From positions 3,008,001 to 3,072,000 of the forward strand of contig OY970303.1 of the NCBI GenBank assembly GCA_963716255.1: a stretch of 64,000 nt of DNA. The letters are read 5' to 3'. Under the pieces are notes generated by a model. It did not search any database. It saw only the letters and a list, made by a program, of their open reading frames with translations, and was not told the origin of the DNA. This DNA comes from an uncultured Gemmatimonadales bacterium. Lineage in GTDB: Bacteria > Gemmatimonadota > Gemmatimonadetes > Longimicrobiales > Longimicrobiaceae. Position 1 is the stretch's first letter. Every line of letters starts with the position of its first letter. The position numbers and the translations under genes are program-made. Below are positions 22,701 to 31,700 of this stretch, piece by piece.

Positions 22701-25700
22701 CCACGGGGAGCCGCAAGTCCACTCGCTCCTGGACGACCTGCATGGGCTCGCCGTCCACCACGGAGAAGACGGTGCGCAGGGCCTCGTGCCGCGCCACCAG
22801 TGCCTCCAGGCTGCGGCGCAGCGCGCCCACGTCCAGCTCGCCGCGCAGGCGCAGCGGGTGAGGCATGTTGTAGGCGGCGCTCTCCGGCGCGAACTGGTGG
22901 ATGAACCACAGCCGCTGCTGCGCGAACGACAGCGGCAGCGGCCCCTCGCGGGGAACCGCCACCAGCGGCGGCACTCCGTCGCCGCCCGCGTGCAGCAGCG
23001 CCTCCAGGCGCTCCGCCGTCCCGCCGAGCGTGGGCGCCTCGAAGAGCGTGCGCAGCGGCAGATCCACCCCGAACGCCTCGCGCACCCGCGCCGTCATCCG
23101 CGTCGCCAGCAGCGAGTGCCCGCCCAGCGCGAAGAAGTCGTCCGACGCGCCCACGCGCTCGGCCTTCAGCACTTCCGCCCAGATGCCGGCCAGGATCTCC
23201 TCCGTGGGCGTGCGCGGCGCCACGTACTCCGCCTCCACCGCGGACTCCTCCGGGTCCGGCAGCGCCCGACGATCCAGCTTGCCGTTGGGCAGCAGGGGCA
23301 GCGCGTCCAGCCTCACCCAGCCCGCCGGCACCATGTACGACGGCAGCCGGTCGGCCAGGTACGCGCGCAGATCCGCCGGAGTCGGCTCCGTCGCGTCGGG
23401 CCCGTCGGACGCGACGACGTAGGCGACCAGGCGCGCCTCGCCCGGCCGCGTCTCCCGCGCGACCACCGCCGCCGCTGCGACGGAGGGGTGCGCCCGCAGC
23501 ACGGCCTCGATTTCCCCCGGCTCCACGCGGACGCCCTGCACCTTGACCTGCTGGTCCACTCGCCCCAGGAACTCCAGCACTCCGTCGCGACGACGCCGCA
23601 CACGGTCGCCCACCCGGTACAGCCGCGCCCCCGCATCCCCCGAGAACGGGTCCGGGACGAACTTCTCGGCCGTCAGGTCGGGCCGCCCCCCATACCCGCG
23701 CGCCAGCCCCGGCGTCGCGATGTACGCCTCACCCGGCACCCCCAGCGGGGTCGGCTCCAGCTCCGCGTCCAGCACGAAGACGCGCGTGTTCCGGATCGGC
23801 ACGCCCACCGGCGCGATCGGCCACGCCTCGTCGTCCGCCACCGTGTGCAGCGTGGACGACATGGTGCACTCCGTCGCACCCCACTGGTTCACCACCCGCA
23901 GCCCCGACCCGAACACCGCGTGCGCCCGCCGAACGTCCGCCACCGGCAGCGGCTCCCCGCTCGCCAGCAGCAGCCGCAGCGACCCCGCGACCCCGTCCGA
24001 CGCCTCGGCTTCCGCCAGGATCGGCCGGAGTACCGAGGGCACCACCGCCAGGATCGCCGTGACGCCGTGATCGCGCACGCGCTCCAGCACCCGCCGCGGA
24101 TCCGCCGTCTCCCTCGCGGGGCTCAGCACCAGGCGCGCTCCCACCGTCAGCGGCCCCAGCGTCTCGCGGATCGACGCGTCGAACGTCGGCGTCGCCACCT
24201 GGAGCACCGTGTCGCCCTCGCCCAGCCCGTATTCCTCCGCCAGGAACGCCAGGTAGTTGGCCGCGCCCCCGTGCGTCGTCAGCACCCCCTTGGGCGTGCC
24301 CGTGGAGCCCGAGGTGTAGATGACGTAGGCGAGGTCCGCAGGACCCCCACCCGGCTCGCTCAGGCTCGCCACCCTCCCCCAATTCTGGGGGAGGGCTTCC
24401 TGTCCCTCGCCTTCCGACGTGTCGTTGTCGTGCTCCCCCTCTCCCCTTGTGGGAGAGGGGGCCGGGGGGTGAGGGGTGTCCACCACCACGATCTGCCCGC
24501 CGAACTCCGGCACCCGCCCGCGCAGCCCCTCTCCCGTCAGCAGCAGCGACGCGCCCGAATCCTCCAGGACGTAGCGGACGCGCTCGGCCGGGTGCGACGG
24601 GTCGAGCGGCACGTACACGGCGCCCGCTTTGAGCACGGCCAGCAGCGCCGCCAGCCACTCCGGGCCCCGCTCCAGGAACACCCCGATCCGTGTCTCCGGA
24701 GCGAGGCGGCGGCGCAGCAGCTCGCGGGCGAGAGTGCCGGCGCGGCGGTCCAGCTCGGCGTAGGTCAGCGAGCCGCCGTCGAACACGGCGGCGACGGCGT
24801 GCGGGGTGCGGGCGGCCTGGCGCTCGAACAGGGCGTGGACGGACAGGTGCCGCGGGTAGGTGCGCACGGGGCCGTGGGCGGCCTCCAGCACGCGGGCGCG
24901 CTCCGCGGCGTCCATCAGCGGCAGCGCGGAGACCGGGCGCTCCGGGTCGGCGGCGAGGCCGTCCAGGAGGACGCGGAAGTGCTCCAGCATCCGCTCCACC
25001 GTGTCCGGCTCGAACAGGTCCGCGCGGAAGGTGACGAACCCGCCCAGGTGGCCGCCGTCCTCGCGCGCGGTGAGGCTCAGGTCGAACTTGGACACCTCCC
25101 CCGACCAGTGCAGCGGCTCCACCTCGCCGCCGCCCATGTCCAGCGCGCTCTCCTCCAGGTTCTGGAAGTTGAACATCACCTGGAAGAGCGGCGTGTGCTG
25201 GAGCGAGCGCCCCGGGGCAAGGTCCTCCACCAGCCGCTCGAAGGGCACGTCCTGGTGCGCGAAGGCGCCCAGCGTGGTGTCCTTGACGCGGCGCAGCAGC
25301 TCGCGCCCGGTGGGGTCGCCGGAAAGGCGGGTGCGCAGGACGAGCGTGTTGACGAAGAACCCGATCAGCCCCTCCAGCTCCACCCGCGTCCGCCCCGCCG
25401 TCCCGGTCCCCACGCTCACGTCGTCCGTGCCGGCGTAGCGCGCCAGGAGGAGCGAGAAGCCGGCAAGCAGGAGCATGAACGGGGTGACGCCCTCGCCGAG
25501 CGCCAGCCGCCGCAGGGCGGTGGAGGTTTCCGGCGGGAGCATGTAGATGCGCCGGTCGCCGCGGATGCCGGGCACGGCGGGGCGCGGGCGGTCGGTGGGG
25601 AGGTTGAGCACGGGGGGGGCGCCCTTCAGCGTCTCGCGCCAGAACGCGAGCTGCTCCTCCAGGCGCTCTCCTGCCAGCCACTCGTGCTGCCAGGCGGCGA

Positions 25701-28700
25701 AGTCCGCGTACTGAACGCGCGGCTCCGGGAGGGGCGAGGGGCGGCCGCGGCGGAAGGCGTCGTACAGCGCCGACAGCTCCTGCACCAGCGCGGTGGTGGA
25801 CCACCCGTCCGCGACGATGTGGTGCAGCGTCAGCAGCATCCCCCACTCGGCGTCCGCCAGGCGGACGAGCGTCGCCCGCAGGAGCGGCCCGCGCTCCAGT
25901 CGGAACGGGTGCACGGCGTCCGCGTCGGCCAGGCGCATCAGCTCGGCGTCGCGGGCGTCGCCCGGGAGGCCGCCGAGGTCCAGCACGGGGACGGAGGCCG
26001 CGCGCGCGGGGCGGATCACCTGCACCGGCTCCCCGTCCTCCACGGCGAAGACGGTGCGCAGCACCTCGTGCCGCCGCACGATCTCGGACAGCGCCCGCCG
26101 CAGCGCGGGCACCTCCATCGTGCCGCGAAGGCGCAGCGGGAACGGCATGTTGTACGCGGGATGCCCCGGCTCCATCCGGTCGATGAACCACAGCCGCCGC
26201 TGCGCGAACGAGAGCGGCAGTGCGCTGCGCGGGTCCCGCGCGACCGGCCGGATCGCCTCCTGCTGCCGCCGGCGGCTCGCGCGCTCCGCCAGCATCCGCC
26301 GCAGCTGGAGCTGCTTGTCCGCGGAATCCGCCGGGGTGGCGTCGGCCGCGGCCCGAGAGTCGTCTGTCGTGGCGGCGGCGGACCGCTCGCCCTCGGCCGG
26401 CGGCAGCAGGGCAGTGAGCCGCGCGGCCAGCCCGGCGACGGTCGGCGACTCGAACAGCGCCCGCAGCGGCAGCTCGGTCCCCGTCTCCTCGGCGATGCGC
26501 GACGTCACGCGCGTGGCCAGCAGCGAGTGCCCGCCCAGCGCGAAGAAGTCGTCGTGCGCACCCACCCGCTCCACCTTCAGCACCTCCGCCCAGATCCCCG
26601 CCAGGCGCTCCTCCACCTCCCCGCGCGGCGCCACGTATTCCGTCCCGCTCCCGGATTCGGGCGCGGGGAGCGCCAGCCGGTCCACCTTCCCCGTCGGCGT
26701 CAGCGGAAGCGCCTCCAGCGCCACTACCACCGAGGGTACCATGTACTCCGGGAGACGGCCCTTCAGCCACCCCCGCAGCTCCCCCGCGTCCACCTCCGCT
26801 CCCTCCGCCGCCACCACGTACCCCACCAGACGGCGCTCACCCCCCTCCTCCCGCACCGCCACCGCCGCCTCCCGCACCCACGCGTGCCCCGCCAGCGCAG
26901 CCTCCACCTCCCCCGGCTCGATCCGGAACCCACGCACCTTCACCTGCGCGTCGGTCCGCCCCAGGAACTCCAGCACTCCCTCCGCGCGCCAGCGCACCCG
27001 GTCTCCCGACCGGTACGCCCGCGCACCCGGCACCCCGCCAAACGCGTCCGGCACGAACTTCTCCGCCGTCAGCTCGGGCCGCCCGCCGTACCCACGCGCC
27101 ACCCCCGCCCCCCCGATCCACAGCTCCCCCGGCACCCCCTCCGGCTGCGCGTTCCCCGCCGCGTCGCACACGTACACGCGCACGTTCCCCAGCGGAGCCC
27201 CGATCCGGTGCCCCTCCACCGCCCCCGACGCCGGCACCCGGTACGCGCACGCCAGCACCGCAGCCTCGGTCGGCCCGTACGTCACGTACGCTCCGGCCGA
27301 CGGGAACGCCTCCCGCATCTCCCCCAGCAGGTCCGGCGGCACCGCCTCGCCCCCCACGAACAGGCGCCGCAGCGCCGGGAGCCGAGGCTCCGCGGACCCG
27401 GCCGCCTCCCGCACGACCTGCCGCATCAGCGCCGGAACCGCGTGCAGCGCCGTCGCGTCCCCCGCCTCCGCCACCAGCCCCGCAGGGTCCATCACCCGCT
27501 CCCGCTCCACCAGCCGCACCGCCGCCCCCACGCTCAGCGGCAGCATCGTCTCGAACAGCCAGATGTCGAACGCGCTGCTCGACAGCACCGGCACCACGTC
27601 GCCCGCACCCATCCCGAACGCTTCGCGCGCGGCGTGCAGCAGGTTCGACAGGCTCCCGTGCTCCACGTGCACCCCCTTGGGCGTCCCCGTAGAGCCCGAG
27701 GTGTAGATGACGTACGCCAGGTGCTCCGGCGCCACCTCTGCGGGGCCCCCACCCGGCTCGCTTAGGCTCGCCACCCTCCCCCAATTCTGGGGGAGGGCTT
27801 CCTGTCCCTCGGCTTCCGACGTGTCGTTGTCGTGCTCCCCCTCCCCCCTTGCGGTGGAGGGGGCCGGGGGGAGGGGGGTCTCTCCGTCCACCACCACGAT
27901 CTCGCCCCCGGACTCCGGCACCGCCGCCGCCGTTTCCGCGCTCGCGACCACCACGCGCAGCGCGGCGTCGCGCGCGATCAGCGCCAGCCGCTCGACCGGG
28001 TAGGCGGGGTCCAGCGGCACATGGGCGCCGCCCGCCTTCCAGATCCCCAGCACGCCCGCGACCAGCCCCGGCGTGCGCTCCACGCACAGCCCCACCGGCA
28101 CCTCCGGCCCCACGCCGAGGCCGCGCAGGCGCGCGGCCAGTGCGTCCGCCCGCGCGTCCAGCTCGGCGTAGGTCAGCGCGCCGCCGGCAAAGAGGACCGC
28201 CACGGCGTCCGGCGTCCGGGCCGCCTGCGCGGCGAAGAGCTGGTGCGCGGGGAGCGGCGGGTACTCGCGCGCGGTGTCGTTCCAGGCGACCAGCACGCGC
28301 TCGCGCTCCGCCGCGTCCATCAGCTCGATGTCGGCGAGGCGGCGGTCCGGGTCCGCGGCCATGCCGGCGAGCAGCGCCCGGAGGTGCGACGCCAGCCGCT
28401 CCATCGTGGACGCGTCGAAGAGCGCGGTGCGGAAGGCGACCACGCCGCGCACCTCGTCGTCCTGTTCGGCGAGCGACAGCTCCAGGTCGAAGCGGACGGA
28501 CCCGCTCTCCGCGGGAAGCGGCTCCACGTCCAGGGAGCCCAGGCGCACCGTCTCCTGCCGGTTGTTCTGGAGCGCGAAGAGGACCTGGAAGAGGGGCGTG
28601 TGGCCGAGGCTCCGCTCCGGCGCCAGCTCCTCCACCAGCCGCTCGAAGGGGACGTCCTGGTGCGCCTGCGCGCCCAGGACGGTCTCCCGCGCGCGGCGGA

Positions 28701-31700
28701 CGAGGACGCGCGGCGTGGGATCGCCGGACAGGTCGGTGCGCAGCACCAGGGTGTTGACGAAGAAGCCGATCAGCCCCTCCAGCTCGGCCCGCGTGCGCCC
28801 CGCCGTGGGCGTGCCCACGACCACGTCCTCCGCCCCCGCCCAGCGCCCCAGCAGCGCCTGCACGCCGGCCAGGAGCGCCGCGAACAGCGTGGCTCCCTCG
28901 CTCCGCGCCAGCGCACGGAGGTCCCGCACCGCGTCCGGGCCCAGGACGAAGGGGACCGCCGCGCCGCGCGCCCCCGGGGCCGGCGGACGGGGACGGTCCG
29001 TGGGCAGCTCCAGCACCGGCGGGGCGCCGGCCAGCCGCTCGCGCCAGAAGGCGAGCTGCGCGTCCAGCACCTCGCCCGTCAGCCAGTCCCGCTGCCAGAC
29101 GGCGTAGTCCGGGTACTGGACCGGGAGCGCGGGGAGCGGCGACGGCTCGCCGCGCGCGAACGCCTCGTACAGCGCGGACACCTCGGCCACGAGCACGCCC
29201 ATGGACCACCCGTCGCCGACGACGTGGTGCAGGGTGAACAGCACCGCGTGCTCCCCGGGCCCCAGGCGCACGGCCACGGTGCGCAGCAGCGGCCCGAGCG
29301 CCAGGTCGAAGGGGCGGCCCGCTTCCCCGTCGGCCAGGCGCCGCAGCGTGCGCTCGCGCGCCTCGCCGGGGAGCCCGGCCAGCTCCACGACGGGGAGGCG
29401 CACCGGCGCGGCGGGGAGCACCTTCTGCACGGGCCGGCCGTCCTCCACGCCGAAGACGGTGCGCAGCGACTCGTGCCGCCGCACCACCTCGCCGAGCGTG
29501 CGCTCCAGCACCGCCACGTCCAGGCGGCCCCGCAGCCGCAGCCCGGCGGGCATGTTGTACGCGGCGCTCCCCGGCTCCATCCGGTCGATGATCCACAGCC
29601 GCTGCTGCGCGAAGGAGAGCGGCAGCGGCTCCTCGCCCCCGCGGCGGGGGATCGGCGCGAGCGGGGAGGCGCCCGGCCCGCCGATCCGCTCCGCGAGCCC
29701 GGCAAGCGTGGGCGCTTCGAACACCGCCCGCAGCGGCAGCTCCACGCCCAGCACCTCGCGGAGGCGGGCGACCACGCGCATGGCCAGGAGCGACTGCCCG
29801 CCCAGGGCGAAGAAGTCGTCGTCGGCGCCCACCCGGCCCACGCCCAGCACCTCCGCCCACACCGCGGCCAGCGCCTCTTCCGTCGGCGTCCGCGGCGGGA
29901 CGTACGACGCGGCCCCGTCCGACGCGCCGGGCGCGGGGAGCGCGCGGCGGTCCGTCTTGCCGTGGGCGGTGAGCGGCATCGCGTCCAGCACCACCAGGGC
30001 GTCCGGCACCATGTAGGCGGGGATCCGCCCTCCCAGGTACGCCCTCAGCTCCGCGGGCGAGACCTCCGCGCCCGCTTCCGCCGTCACGTAGGCCACCAGC
30101 CGCCGCCCGCCGGCAGCGGCCTCGCGCGCGACGACGGCCGCCTCCCGCACCGCAGGGTGCCCGGCCAGCGCCGCCTCCACCTCGCCGGGCTCCACCCGGA
30201 AGCCGCGCACCTTGACCTGGAAATCCACGCGTCCCACGAACTCCAGCACGCCGTCCGCCCGCAGGCGCGCCCGGTCGCCCGAGCGGTACAGCCGCCCCCC
30301 CGGCTCGCCGCCGAACGGATCGGGGACGAAGGCGGCGGCCGTGGGCTCCGGCCGGCCCAGGTAGCCGCGCGCCACACCCGGCCCGCCCACGTACAGCTCC
30401 CCCGGCACGCCCGCGGGGACCGGCTCCAGGCGCCGGTCCAGCAGGTACACGCGCCGGTCGCCCACCGGCCGCCCGATGGGCACCGTGTCGCCGCGGAAGC
30501 CCGCCGGGACCACCCAGGCGGTGCTGAAGACGGTGCACTCGCTGGGGCCGTAGCCGTTGACCAGCCGCAGCCCCGGGTGCAGCTCCAGCGCGCGGCGGAC
30601 GTGCGCCGCGCTGACCGCCTCGCCCCCGGTCATCACCTGGCGCACGCCGCCGAGCACGTCCGGGCAGGTGTCGACCACCAGGTTGAAGAACGCGGACGTC
30701 AGCCACAGCGTGGTCACCCCGTGCTCGCGGACCTGCCGCGCCAGCGCCTCCGGCTCCGGGGTGGCCCCCGGGTACAGGACGCAGACGCCGCCCGTGAGCA
30801 GCGCCGGCCACAGCTCCAGCGTCAGCGCGTCCCACGACACCGGGGAGTGCTGGAGGAGCACCTGGTCCTCGTCGAAGCGCGCGTAGTCCGCCCCGCGAAA
30901 GAAGCCGGGCACGGCGCGATGCGGCACCCCGATGCCCTTGGGCTGGCCGGTGGAGCCGGAGGTGTAGACGACGCAGGCCAGGCTTTCGGGAGACGGCGAG
31001 CGCGGGAGCGCGAAAGCGCCGGAGGGCGTTGCCTCGTCCGCGTCCTCCAGGACCAGCTCGCCCCCGAACCCCGCGAAGCGCTCCGCCAGCCGCGCCCCGG
31101 TCACCAGCGCGGGCGCGCCCGCGTCGGCCAGCACGAAGGCCAGGCGCTCGTCCGGGAACTGCGGGTCGAGCGGGACGTACGCGCCGCCGGCCTTGAGGAT
31201 CCCCAGCAGCCCGGCCACGAGCCCGGGGGAGCGCTCCATGCAGATCCCCACGCGCACGTCCGGGCCCACGCCCAGGGCGGCGAGGCGGTGCGCCAGCGCG
31301 TCGGAGCGCCGGTCCAGCTCGGCGTAGGTGATCGTCGCCGCCCCGTGGACCAGGGCGGTGGCGCCGGGGCGGCGGGCCGCCTGCTCCGCGAACAGCTCGT
31401 GCAGGCAGCGCGGAGCGGGGTCCGCCTCGCCGCCCGCGCTCCCCCCGTCCAGGAGCCGGGCACGCTCGGCGGCGTCCAGGAGCGGGATCGCGGAAAGGGG
31501 GCGGTCCGGGTCCGCCGCGATCCCCGCCATCAGGGCGGCGTACCAGCCGCGGAGCCGCGCCAGCGACTCCTCGTCGAACAGCTCGGCGCGGCCGGAAAGG
31601 CGGCCGTCGATCGGCTCCAGCAGGTCCGTCATGATCGCGGTGAGGTCGAACTTGGCGACCCCGCCGCCCACCCCCATGATCTCGGCCTCCAGCGGGCCCA

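Noticed and set aside
14275..27879. Palindromic repeats as a CRISPR array or as terminators
   Set aside because: They are kilobases apart with no repeat-spacer pattern and no cas genes. They lie in frame within CDSs and have no following U tract.
29785..29805. T domain GGQS variant as an inactive carrier
   Set aside because: The phosphopantetheinylated Ser and the surrounding motif are intact.
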